Assembly (NCBI GenBank): GCA_964016885.1
Contig: OZ024740.1
Span: 80,662,001-80,726,000 of the forward strand
DNA from: Eledone cirrhosa
Lineage: Eukaryota
Direction: 5' to 3'
Length of the DNA stretch: 64,000 bases
The notes under the pieces were generated by a model. The model was not told the DNA's origin. It searched no databases and was given only the letters and a program-made list of their open reading frames with translations. Made by a program: the position numbers and the translations under genes. Of this stretch, positions 1 through 11,725 are shown in pieces. The first letter of the stretch is position 1; each line of letters begins with the position of its first letter.

Positions 1-58
<58 letters not shown>
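1..58. repeat. (TA)n microsatellite
   Basis: Pure TA repeat abutting the 3' end of a PLE. Many similar TA, TG and AG tracts occur throughout (e.g. 3477-3542, 4666-4782, 8022-8099). Confidence 0.99.
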
Positions 59-62
<4 letters not shown>

Positions 63-146
63 AAACTTGGACGGGAACAAAACAGAGAGGCAGTACAAGT
101 GAAAGTATATTAGGTTCACGCTGTTGAGAGTGGGGGGGGGGGGGGC

Positions 147-173
147 ATTCGGGCATAAGCCCTTCATCAGAAG
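147..173 (-). ncRNA. degenerate minimal hammerhead ribozyme core
   Basis: Minus strand CTGATGA-A-GGGC TTAT GCCC-GAAT; the GAAA box is damaged and followed by a C-run. Confidence 0.6.
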
Positions 174-1604
174 AAAAGTGGGTAGGAAGAGAGTTCCGAG
201 GGTGTGTAGGTGAGAGGTGTAAAGATATTTAGAAAAAGGGTGGGGGAGAGAAAAGAGGGGAAAAACGGTGCAAGGAGTACAAATAAAAATAAAAATAACC
301 ATAAAGATAAACTAGTGGTGGAAGGGTGTGAGGCGTGTAGGGGTGGTGGCAGGTGGAGTTTGGAGAGGGAGGCGGGGTGTCCGAGCGGGGAGAGCTGAAT
401 GTGGCGTTTGTGTATGTGTGTAGGTGTACGTGTGTGTGTGTGCGTGTGTATATGAATGTGAGAGTTTGGGGAAGAACGAGGTTCCATGTTCAGGAAAAGG
501 TGTGTGCGTGGGGTAGGGTGTAGTCTCGATGTGTGCGTGCGTGTGGATGGGGAGGGGTCACAGGGGTGGGGGATGGGGCAATGTGGATTCCGGAGGCTGA
601 GCGTGTATATGTGGGCGTACGAACGTGTGTGTTTGTGTTTATACGTGGTGTGGATGTAGGCGGCGTGGTTCGAAAACAAATGTGAGTGTATGTTCGTGGG
701 TAAGTTCCTAAGGTAGTTCCATGGAGTGTGCGATGAGTGCTGGATATTTTTCATGTTATGGAGTGGATAGCTGGAACGATGATCAGTGGTGTGGAATCCA
801 TTGGTTGTGGTGGTCGGAACTGGAGAGATGATGGGTGCGCGCGCAACAGGAAGTGGTCAGAGCGTCAAGGCAGGGTGAAGGGATAGCAGTAGAGGAGGAT
901 TACAGGTGGAGAAATGGTCATGGTGTGGTGAGGACTGTGTGAGGACAGGGGAGAGGATGGGTAGGTGTGAAAGGTGGAGGGGCGTTGATGTGGGGGGGAT
1001 GGGGTGTGTATTAGTAGAGGTGTTAGTAGGATGAGTGTGTGTGAAGGGGTGTAGGTGGAGCGGGGAGAGGGAGACAAAATGTGTTGGAGACGGGGGAGGC
1101 AGAGTAGTGTACTAGTGTGTGTGTGCGTGTTTGGATGAGTGTGTGGGTAGTAAAGGAGGGTGTTAGTATACTGACTGTGGGGAAAGGGTTGAATGCGGGT
1201 GTGTAAGTGGGGGTTAGTGGTGGTTGGGTGTGTGGAATGGGTGGTGTATGTAGGTGTGGGTGTGTGTGTGTGTGAAGGTGTGTGTTCATATGCGTGGAGT
1301 TGGGGGATGTTAGTGGGGTGGTTGGAGTGGATGTGTGGGTGAGGGTTAGTGGTGGTAGTAGGGTGTGTGGATAATGTGAGTACGTGTATATATGAACAGG
1401 TGGGTGTGTGCGTGATAGGGGGAGGTGTGGGGGTGTTAGTATTGTTAGTTGCTGGAGGGGGGCCGGGAGTGGGTGGGGGTGTTGCTATTGTTATTTGCGG
1501 GATGGGCCAAGAGGGTGGGGTGGTGAAAAGGAGGAGTGTGTTAGTGGTGTTAGTGGAGGATGTGTGTGTGTGTATGTGGGGAGGGGGAACAGGGCGGTCG
1601 AAGG

Positions 1605-3475
1605 CTAAAGGAATAGGGGTGGGCAGTTAAGGCCGGGGGGGGGGGGGGTATGAAGGGTGAAGATGGTCCGTTGCTCGACTGTGAGGTGGGTGGTGGTTGT
1701 ACCATGGCATTGGAGTAGGCCACAGACTGTGAGGTGGTGGGCGGAATGTCCAGGGGAGCCAAAGTAGCGGGAGATGGGGGAACTCCGACCGAGACGAATA
1801 TCATTGAGATGTTCAGTGAAACGGTCCGTCAGGCGACGTGCAGTCTGTCCGACGGAGGTTGCGGTGCACTCCTTGCAGCGAAGTCCATAGACTAGGTTGG
1901 AGGAGGTGCAGCGGAAGGCGTGCCGGACAGAGAGAGAGTGGCCGTTGGGACCCTGGAAGGTGGTGGTGGGTGTTGGTGATATGGGGGCAGGTGTGGCAAC
2001 GAGGCCTGAAGCAGGGAAGAAAACCGGGGGGGGATAATGGAAGGGGGTGGGGGGGAGCTGCTGACGAGGAGGTTGGTAGGTGATGGGGAAGGGGAGACGG
2101 TGGGTGGTTGTGCGGTGGCGTGGGCTGAGGGAGGTGGAGCGGTGGACAGCACGGGCGCGAGTTAGGGCTGTGTGGACGAGGGATTGGGGGTAACCTCTCC
2201 GGATGAAATGGCTGACTACGGAAAGGGCCTGGGACTCAAAGTCAGCATCTCGGCTGCAGAGGCGGCGGAACCGGAGGAGTTGAGAGTAGGGTATGGAGTG
2301 TTTAGTGTGTGTAGGGTGGGAGGAGGTAAGTCGAGATAGGAGTGGGGGTCGATGGGTTTGAAGAAGGCGGAGGTGACGAGGGAGCGGTGGGAGGGCTCGA
2401 TGGCGACGGAGATGCATAAGAAGTGGACGTAGGTGGTGGAAATAGAGGTGGTGAAGTGGAGGGAGGGGTGGAAGGAGCAAAAGACGGAAAGAAACGAGTC
2501 GAGCAGTTCTCGGGTGAGTGTCGTAGCTCCGATACAGTCGTCGATGTAACGACCGTACAGTTCGGGCGTGGGGCCGGTGTACTTGGCAAATATTTGGGCC
2601 TCAACATGACCAACGAAAAGGTTGGCATAGTTTGGGCCCATTCTTGTGCCCATGGCTCCCTCCGTGACCTCTTGGTAAAACTCACCCGAGTAGGAGAAGC
2701 AGTTGAGGGTGAGGACCAGCTCGGAGAGGCGAAGGAAGGTGGAGGAAGAGGGGAGGGGCGAAGTTCGTGGTAGTGCCGGAGGGCACGTAGGCCGTCAGCG
2801 TGGGGCAGTTGCAACCGGAGACGATGGCGCGGCCGGGGTTGTCGGATTTGTGGAGTTTGGGGAGGAAGTAGATAGTGGGAGGGGGGTGGGGTGCGGACGA
2901 AGAGGTGGTAAGCGGTCGGAGGGAGGAGGGAGGAGGAGACAAGGTGTTGAATGGTGGAGGAAACTTGTTGGTGGTAGAGGAGTGTGGGGTCTGAGGGTAG
3001 AGGGCGGTAGAAGAGGGGGTTACGGAGCTGCCTGAGGGCTTCGGCCATGTAGAGGTCAGCGCGCCACACCACCACGGCGCCTCCCTTGTCCGCCGGTTTG
3101 ATGACGATATCATCTCGGCTACGGAGTGAGCGGAGGGCGAGGAGTTCGCCCCGTGTGATGTTATGGCGTTTGGAACGGTGGCAGAGTCGAAGCGATTTAC
3201 TGCGCTACGGCAGTCGTCAACGAACGCGTCGAGGGTGCTAATTTGCCCTCCTGCCGGCGTCCATGACGTTGTTTGTCTGCCCAGGGCGAGAAACGGGTCT
3301 GGGGCATTGGGAGCCGGTGGGGTTTGATGAAAATATTCCTGTAGCTTCGTGCGTTGCATGAATCGCTCGACTTCCGTTCGGGTGCGAAACACGTCGCTGT
3401 GCGGAGTGTGGGGTATGAAGCAAAGGCCTCTACTGAGGAGTGAGCGCTCAGGTGCGGAGAGGTGGAGGTCAGGGC

Positions 3476-3476
<1 letters not shown>
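1605..3476 (-). pseudogene. PLE reverse transcriptase + GIY-YIG endonuclease ORF, disrupted
   Basis: Motifs are split across ORFs 2682-3734, 2302-3075, 2216-2653 and 1605-2480. Confidence 0.9.
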
Positions 3477-3544
<68 letters not shown>

Positions 3545-3545
<1 letters not shown>

Positions 3546-4174
3546 AATTAAGTTAAAGTGTACATCTACATATGTATACGGAAGTATTAGTATGCATATA
3601 AATACACACATGTATACATATGTACATGTACTCAGTTTTTCACTAGACACTTTACAGTGAGTGTCAGCTAGTCTGTATGTAACCACACAGACGGACCGGG
3701 TTTTAGAGTCATACGAGTTTTCAAGGAAACACATTTCCTCTATTCTCCAGAGGGCCAGACAGGAATATTGGACTAGTTTCGATGTTATTACATCTCATCA
3801 GCAATATTTACCCATCTTCCGGCTTCTCTGGAGAATTGTAAAAGCACATATCGTTATATGCTTTTTCTATGAAAATTAGTAGTGGGTAGACTAATTTGCA
3901 TAGAACGTGAGTCATTGTACGCACCGGTTCAGCGGAAACGATAAAAACAAATAACGAAACGAAATTAAATTTCGTTTCGCTTCTAACTCACTTTTGTATG
4001 ACTGACGCTTAAACAATTAAGTTAAAGTGTACATCTACATATGTATACGGAAGTATTAGTATGCATATAAATACACACATGTATACATATGTACATGTAC
4101 TCAGTTTTTCACTAGACACTTTACAGTGAGTGTCAGCTAGTCTGTATGTAACCACACAGACGGACCGGGTTTTA
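3545..4174 (-). mobile_element. non-coding HHR-bearing element with 161-bp direct terminal repeats (retrozyme-like / non-autonomous PLE)
   Basis: 3545-3705 matches 4014-4174 (period 469); a canonical HHR lies between them. Confidence 0.75.
3764..3808 (-). ncRNA. type I hammerhead ribozyme, canonical core
   Basis: AATATTG-CTGATGA-GATGT AATA ACATC-GAAAC TA GTC^CAATATT: 7-bp stem I, 5-bp stem II, GUC triplet, palindromic ACTAGT stem III loop. Confidence 0.9.
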
Positions 4175-4232
4175 TATATATAGTATAAAAGAGAAAACAC
4201 AGGTAAGCATTAAGAGAATGATTTTATACAGT

Positions 4233-4334
4233 TATTTACGACTGTTTCATTGGTAAGTGCAACCTTATATTGCTATACTGCAAATAGCAGCCACTCAAAT
4301 ATAATTGTTGTTCACAGTCCAAATTTTCAAAATA
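4233..4334 (-). ncRNA. variant hammerhead (U3-A8 core, long stem II) in the 3' pLTR
   Basis: TATT-TTGAAAA-[75 nt, TTGG/CCAA closure]-GAAAC AGTC GTA^AATA. Confidence 0.55.
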
Positions 4335-4661
4335 GTAAGTTACTCTTGAAATAATTCTTAATATATATATAGAAAAATATTTATTTGGAATTGTATTTAC
4401 TAGTATAGAGAGAGAGGAATCAGAAGGTGAGGGGACAAACGGAATAGTATAGAGAGAGAGAGAGAGAGAGAGAGGAAGGAGGTAGATTTAGGAAGTAGAG
4501 TGACAAACTGAGATGGTGGGAGGGGTAGAGGTGGAAGGATTCCTTGGTCAGTTTTGATAGCAGACTTCATGTCGTGGAATGTAGTGAGTTAAAGAGAATT
4601 AAATTGATCATAATGGGAGGGATGGATAGAGAGGGAGAAAGAGAGGCGGAGATATAAAGAG

Positions 4662-4787
<126 letters not shown>

Positions 4788-5014
4788 AAGATAAAGATAA
4801 TAATGACAAAATTAGAAGCAAAGAAGGGGTGAGAAAGAAGAAAAGAAAAGATAGCCAAGAAGGGGAGGGAAGGAAGGAAGAAAACGAAGAAATAAAAGAG
4901 GAATGAGGGAGAAGAGGGGGATATAGGTATTGGTTTTGTGGGTAATTAAAAGGGTTTAGATACAAGAGGGTATAAAGTGTAAGTATATGCAGTTTGTCAG
5001 TTGGTAAGAAGAGG

Positions 5015-7358
5015 TTAAGGGTTCGATTTGTAGTGCGAAAACTTCTCTTTGAGTTTATGGTTACAATAAATTGATCTTTTGATTTTATTGTTGAGTAACT
5101 TATTCTTCGAACTCAAGATGTGGAACAGCTCAAGGTCGCATAATCGACAGCTTCTCATACCACTCCGATATGGGGGCGTGTTCGATAATTGTTTCCACTT
5201 CAGGGTGTATTGATGGTTACTTTCCCTCAGTTGCCAGGTCTTGTTTGCAAGGGTAGTTACATAACAATGCTGGGAATGTTTCATTGCGTAACGGTGTGTA
5301 TACCAACGGGCTTTAAATGTATTCCCAGTCGCTCCGATGTAATACCATTTCTGGTTGTCTGATTCCACTGTGCATTGGTAAACCAGGTTAGACTGCATAC
5401 ATTCATTATGTAATCGACAGGATTCAGGTAGGTGGCAGTTACAATTCTTGTCATGGGCAACTTTGGCATTATTGGTGGGCTGCGATGCCTGTACAAGTGT
5501 GTTACGTTTTTTTTGCCTATTAGCGGGTGGTTGTGTATTAGATATTCTGTTGTGTTCGGTGGTGATTGTATTGTTATTGTTGTAAATTTGTGTTTTGGTG
5601 TTGTTATGTATCTTTTTAGCGTTAAGCATCTTAATGTGTGCCTCTATATTTGGTGCCGTGGAGTAAGATAGTCTAATAGATTTAGTGTTAAGGATTTTGC
5701 TGTATCTATGTGAATCTGGAAAGTGCTTATTTATTATTCTAAAGAAGGTAGAGGTTAGTACTAATAGATGTGTTAAATATGGGGTTATACCAAATATATT
5801 TTCTACTGCGTGACTTGTTTGATTTCGATGTTGTATTTCTATTTGCCGTATACTTTGCAGTTTTATGCGTAAGTGCGTGTGTGCGTGTGTTACCGGAGTT
5901 TGTGTTATGCGTGTTCGTGCGCGCTTCATGGAGGCTTTCATCTATATATTCTAGTCTATCTAAGTGGCCTGCCTTGTCTAATGCGGTATTGTAGTATTCC
6001 GCATGTTCTTCGAAGATTTGTCGGTTAGACGAGAGGCGGGAGATCCTAAGGGATATGCTGCGTGGAATGGATTTAATTATGGATAGTGGGTGGTTTGAGT
6101 TACAGTTAATATATGCTAAGTTTTCATTAATCTTGTGAAAAGGTCTTATATTTAGGTTAAGCGTCACGTCTAGAAAGTTAACTGTTTTAGTGTTATACTC
6201 ATACGTTATGCTAAGGCCTAGTTTTCCGAAAGTCTTTCTAATATTCTTACGGAGTCTTTCCATGCTCTGGTTATTTAGGTTCTTAACTAGGAGAAGGGCG
6301 TCGTCTCTGTAGAATCCACCGTGAAGGTCGCTAAACTCACTTTGTAAACTATGGGCTATGTAAATACCTACTAAATCTGTGACTTGAGCCGAGTCGTTAG
6401 CCCCCATCGTGATGTCAAAGTTATTTAATCTATCCTTACGTTCCCAATAGGCGTTTTCAAATTTAATTATTGTTTTCCTAGCAGCTAATATGATTTTTAT
6501 CTCGTCGTCTGTTAGGTCATAATTGGCTTTGGCGAATGCTAAGGCTTTATCCAAGGTGTTGGGGGATATAGATGAGTAATAATCGTTAATGTCAAATTGT
6601 ATAAATTTAGATACTTCTTTGTTAGCTATATTGTTAAACCACTTAATTGTTTCGGTAGCGTTACACCATAGTTTAATCACTAGTTTATTCTTCATTTGTG
6701 CTATCACTCTGTCTAATATATGTTTACTAATTTTCCCGATGTCCGATTTGGACTGGCATATAAGTCTAATTGTGGGGTTATAATCAAAATTTACCTTGTG
6801 GTCCTTGAGGTTAAATGTGGGGGTACATGGCCTAAGTGGCTCCGTTCTGTCGTCTATTCCTAGGTGTTTGACTATATTGTGTGCCTCGTTGTTGATGTTT
6901 ATCAGTGCCACCTCATTTGTTTTTTTGTATTTCCTATGTAATTCCTTCCGTATGAAGCTATTGTATGTATTAACATCCATCGTATACACATTTGATGTTT
7001 TGTCCGCTTTGACAATAATTCCATTGGTGGTTCGCAGCTTTTTTAGGAATGTATTTACGTCATTCTGGAGTTTATTATTTCTCTGCTTTTTGAATTTGAT
7101 ATTCATAATCATCTTCAGTAAGTCCTGTTCAAAGGCATCCAGTTGAGGGTTGGTAGGTGGGTTCTTACAAAATTTGAAGCCGTATGTTTCCTTGTTGTAT
7201 TCCACGGTGCAACCATTACGCCCTTTCTCGAAATGGAAAGTTTTCCATCTAACTCTGCGTATAAAGTCGTTTGTTCGCTGTATCATCCCGAGAGTATAAT
7301 CCTTTCTCCGAGGTATAGGAATGTTCTTTAGGGACATACCTATGTAATGCTTTTCCAT
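5015..7358 (-). pseudogene. Naiad RT + GIY-YIG ORF (~780 aa) with one frameshift near 5745
   Basis: ORF 5739-7358 (RT) continues in ORF 5015-5941 from about STFFRIINKHFP. Confidence 0.9.
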
Positions 7359-7589
7359 AGTCGTACCGTATGTTTAGGTGGTTGCTCGACCGATAATGAG
7401 CCTGTAGTTAGAGAAGCAAATAATTGCTTATTGTGATCCAGTTTTTGGTTAAGAAAGCCAGTTTCATGGATGGTTTCAACATACGGTTAGGGGTAACTCC
7501 ACAAGTTTTTAAGAATTCCGTTCAATCTTGGAGTATAAAGTATAAAAGAGAAAACACAGGTAAGCATTAAGAGAAGGATTTTATCCAGG

Positions 7590-7691
7590 TATTTACGACC
7601 GTTTCATTGGTAAGTGCAACATTATATTGCTATACTGCAAATAGCAGCCACTCAATTATAATTGTTGTTCACAGTCCAAATTTTCAAAATA
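7590..7691 (-). ncRNA. variant hammerhead (U3-A8 core) in the 5' pLTR
   Basis: Second copy of the 4233-4334 motif, with GAAAC GGTC GTA^AATA. Confidence 0.55.
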
Positions 7692-7841
7692 GTTAGTTAC
7701 TCTTGAAATAATTCTTAATATATAGAGAAAAACATTTATTTGGAATTGTATTTACTAGTATAGAGAGAGAGGAATCAGAAGGTGAGGGGACAAACGGAAT
7801 AGTATAGCGAGAGAGGAAGGGGGAAGATATTTGTTGCTTCT

Positions 7842-7898
<57 letters not shown>

Positions 7899-7982
7899 AA
7901 CAAGTATGACCCCGACGGCAGAGCTCAAGCCTTTTCGACGGCTAATTATATATATACATATATATATATATATATAAATAAA

Positions 7983-8019
7983 AAATATAAAGATTTACAT
8001 ATATACAAACTAGATAAAG

Positions 8020-8102
<83 letters not shown>

Positions 8103-9105
8103 TTTGGCAACCATTCACGATGTGGCTCAATGACGAATTAATTAATTAAATAATCAACAATCAGAGCAATATACAATAAAGTATGTCCATAGAATCATTT
8201 GATAAAATATATACACCATCTCCTCTCCCTATCAGCATAATCAACCACACAAAAAAACAATTAAACCAGGCTATAAGATCAAAAGGCACCTATGAAGAAA
8301 TAATAGATAAATAAACGACAACCATCTATTCGCGATCAACAGCTATAGAATATTTACCTAGCATGTCAATAGCACGTGGAAATCGATTAAATATATCGTC
8401 AACCATACTCAATTAGGTATAAAATCAAAGTTAGAAGAAAAAATGTATATAAACATACCAAGATTACGTTTCTGTGTATATATATATATATGTATATATA
8501 TCTATGACTTTGTCTAGTTTTCGTATATGTAAATCTTTATATTTGATAATCTCCCATATGGTTGAGATGCAATTTATGCAATATTAGGCTGCACTTGCTA
8601 GCAACCAGCCCACTCGCCGTAAGGCACCAATCACATTATTTCTGACTTGACCACTGCCACGTCACAGTTCTTAGCCATTTTGAATTCGTTTCTGGCGGGG
8701 ATCATTTAAGAAAAATCTTCGTCCAAGTGAGTTTGTTTCCTGATGATTTAGAAGCTCGTGAATTTATCCTTGATCGGATATTTCCAAAAGCGAATGAAAT
8801 CCCATGGGTAGAAACGTAATCTTGGTTTGTTTATATACATTTTTTCTTCTAACTTTGATTTTATACCTAATTGTGTATGGTTGACGATATATTTAATCGA
8901 TTTCCACGTGCTATTGAAATGCTGGGTAAATATTCTATAGCTGTTGATCGCGAATAGATGGCTGTCGTTTATTTATCTATTATTTCTTCATAGGTGCCTT
9001 TTAATGTTATAGCCTGGTTTAATTGTTTTTTTGTGTGGTTGATTATGCTGATTGGGAGAGGAGATGGTGTATATATTTTATCAAATGATTCTATGGACAT
9101 ACTTT

Positions 9106-9110
<5 letters not shown>
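7983..9110. mobile_element. non-coding HHR element with inverted partial copies
   Basis: 8170-8473 is the reverse complement of 8810-9110; 7983-8023 is approximately the reverse complement of 8503-8544. Confidence 0.8.
8735..8815 (+). ncRNA. type I hammerhead ribozyme with extended stem II
   Basis: GTTTC-CTGATGA-[49 nt]-GAAAT CCCATGG GTA^GAAAC: 5-bp stem I, palindromic CCATGG loop, GUA triplet. Confidence 0.8.
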
Positions 9111-9160
<50 letters not shown>

Positions 9161-9358
9161 TATATGGTGCGTCTAGGTTATGGGGATCGGGAACACAACT
9201 ATCATGCTGATATTCGGGTATTCGATGCATGATGATGTGTAGTATGTGTATAATGCAGATGTAGTATGATAGTGAATCCGGCTGCTTCAACTTTATTCCC
9301 ACAAGTAATTTTTAAGGGAATAATTGACAGAGCAGATAAGAAGCAACAACATTATCAT

Positions 9359-9546
9359 GGTGGATTGGAAGTATTGGTAGAGGGTCGGGCGCCATGCTTT
9401 GAATCATAGAGTCACCTCCCTTTATGATCTGAGTTCAAATTCCGCCGAGGTTAACTTTGCCTTTCATCCTTACGGGTTCGATAAAATAAAGTACCAGTAA
9501 TGCACTGGAATAATTGCTGGCCTGGTGCCAAATGTAGAAACAATTA
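9359..9546 (+). mobile_element. tRNA-derived SINE with Deu/Nin-like central domain (family 1)
   Basis: GAGTTCAAAT B-box, core GCCTTTCATCCTTACGGG-TCGATAAAATAAAGTACCAG, tail GTAGAAACAATTAT; 8 copies in the window. Confidence 0.85.
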
Positions 9547-10009
9547 TCATATGTTAAAACTGTATTGCGGTATTTTGTAAAGCTTTAAAGAACGTTGTTT
9601 CCTTTAGATATCTTGTCAGATTGCTGAACGAATATGTGAATCTTGATGTTGAATTTGCATATAGAATTTAAAAGTCAGGGATATTTTTTGAACGACTTTT
9701 ATCTTTATTATGGCAGCAACCAGACATTAAAAAATGACAATAAAATATTTATTTCCAAAGATGTACTTTGCCTGTTCTATTGTATGGATGTAAAATATAG
9801 TCATTATATTGAAAATATTTTAAACAATTTTTCTCAAAATTTGCATATATATTGGTGGGAATATAAGGGTGGTTTTGAGATGGCATAAAAACAGAAATTA
9901 AAGAATTATCGAGATAGTTAGAAAGTCTTTGGGGAAAAGATATCGAACATATTGTCACTAAGAAACTTTAATATCAAAACCAGAATAATATTTTTTAAAC
10001 ATGTTATGT

Positions 10010-10300
10010 TATGTCCTTGCGCTTTTATGAAAATGAAACTTGGAGATTAAAAAATATATCCACAAGGGATTAAAATCCTTTGAGATGTTTGCATATAGAC
10101 TGCGTTTGGGAATACCATGGCGAGAACACAGAACCAACGATTATGTGCTAAAGATAGATTAAATTAAGAACATTTTATCAAGACAACATCAAAGAGAGCA
10201 AACGGAAATATACTGGAAACATAATTGAAGCTGTTACTGATGAAAGAAAGCAGAAGGAATAGGAAATATGAAGAAGATTGGATTAACTTAACATATATTG
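10010..10300 (+). mobile_element. highly decayed RTE-like LINE 3' fragment
   Basis: SFEMFAYRLRLGIPWREHRTN resembles the RTE post-RT AFEMW.YRR.L.I.W motif. Confidence 0.45.
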
Positions 10301-10656
10301 AATGTATAAAGACCACACAAAACAGACGGATATGCTATTCCATGGTATTTAATTTTACTAAAGATATAGAAGAAATCCGTCTAAAGATGTTCCGAATTGA
10401 GATTGGACCCAGAATTGTGTGATTAAAAAACAAAATTATTAACCACAAAACCTTGTCGGATCGTCTAACGTCATCTACTTTTCCACCAATTCAACTCCTA
10501 AGAATGACTTTCCTAGAAATATTATATTTTTATAGCCATGATTTCAACTTACAATGCTACACTCGAGAATCAAGGAGGGGATTACACATACTACTTGTAG
10601 TTTATGTTACTTATTTCCATATTAAGTGTAGTCGTAGATATAATCTCAGTGTCATA

Positions 10657-11725
10657 CTAGGTTGAATAAAAAGATTTTTCTGATTTTCTTTGGTAAGTAG
10701 TGAAAACTTTGCAATTAGAACCATTTTCCACTACATGTGAAAAAAGATGTGAGTGCAAGGGTAGTGGCAAAAAAAATTAATGATTTAGATGGCTGATTAA
10801 TGAATGTGTGGCCCTAAAATATTTAAGATATTTCCAAAAAGGTGACTCCAGCCCAAAACCAGGGAGGCCTGCTGTTTATGATAAGGCCTTGCTTGAAATC
10901 GTTGAACAGCAAATACTCACAAGCACTCATACATTGGTGGCAAAGCATGGACCTTCACAAAGCACCCTGAATAGATACCTCCATAAGCTCGGTCTTGTGA
11001 ACGGACACTTTCGAGAGGTTACTCCGCCATGACCTGGCCAATGACGTGTGAACATTTGCAAACAACTTCTGGCAAATTCTTAAGATGCCCGTTTTGGTGT
11101 CGAATTGTAAGTGGGGATGAAAAATAGATCTAATTTCGTATTCGTAAAAAGAGAAATCAGTTGCTTTCTTCCGGATAGGCTTCAGAATTTGTTATGAAAC
11201 GGTGAATTGAGCAAGTGTGTTTGGTAGAATCTCCAGGGGGTGTTGTACTTAGAGCTTGTTCGAGATGGTAATGCTGTGAACGTTAATCTTTATGCCCAAC
11301 AACTGCATAATATATGCTGCTTTGAAAGCACGCTGTCCGGTATTGGTCAAACGACGACGTGCACTCCTAGAGCATGATGATAGCCCAACACATACAGCAA
11401 ATATGAAAAACCCCAAACTTGAAGACCTTAACGGGCTGAAATGCTGCATCACATTGCCCCATCAGATAACCACTCATTTTGAGCTATGGCTCAAATCATG
11501 CGCGGATGGAGGTTCAACAATGTGGATGAGGAGGAATATGGGCAAAGGGAAATTTTTGCCTCTAAACCAGGCAAATGTTATAAACCTAGAATCGAACTTC
11601 TGGCTCAATGGTGGCAAAAGATAAAACATGATGGAATATATTTTGATAAATAAACGCTTTAAGTATATAATTTGTTCGAACCATTAATTAAAGCTTGAAT
11701 TAAAAAAGGTCGTTTGACTCAACAT
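10657..11725 (+). mobile_element. decayed mariner/Tc1 DNA transposon
   Basis: Peptide remnants PKPGRP, IVSGDEK and LLEHDDSPTH; degenerate terminal inverted repeats near 10657 and 11720. Confidence 0.8.

Larger units (their letters stand above)
59..3476 (-). mobile_element. GC-rich Penelope-like element (Neptune-like), 5'-truncated, frameshifted
   Basis: Minus-strand peptides HLSAPERSLLSRGLCFIP, IYFLPKLHK, MGTRMGPNYANLFVG, YIDD, HTKHSIPYSQLLRFRRLCS, CTSSNLVYGLRCKECTATSVGQTARRL and PPGLN. Long GT-rich 3' region ending in an HHR core. Bounded by (TA)n on both sides. Confidence 0.93.

Noticed and set aside
167-1630. His/Thr/Pro-rich or Val/Gly-rich ORFs, and all YI/CV/TH/ER-repeat ORFs in the track
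   Set aside because: Translations of microsatellite or GT-rich UTR sequence, not genes.
5015-7358. Selenocysteine recoding, known in some Naiad elements
   Set aside because: No in-frame TGA at cysteine positions; the only disruption is a frameshift. The TGA near 36056 in the other remnant aligns with Trp, which indicates decay.
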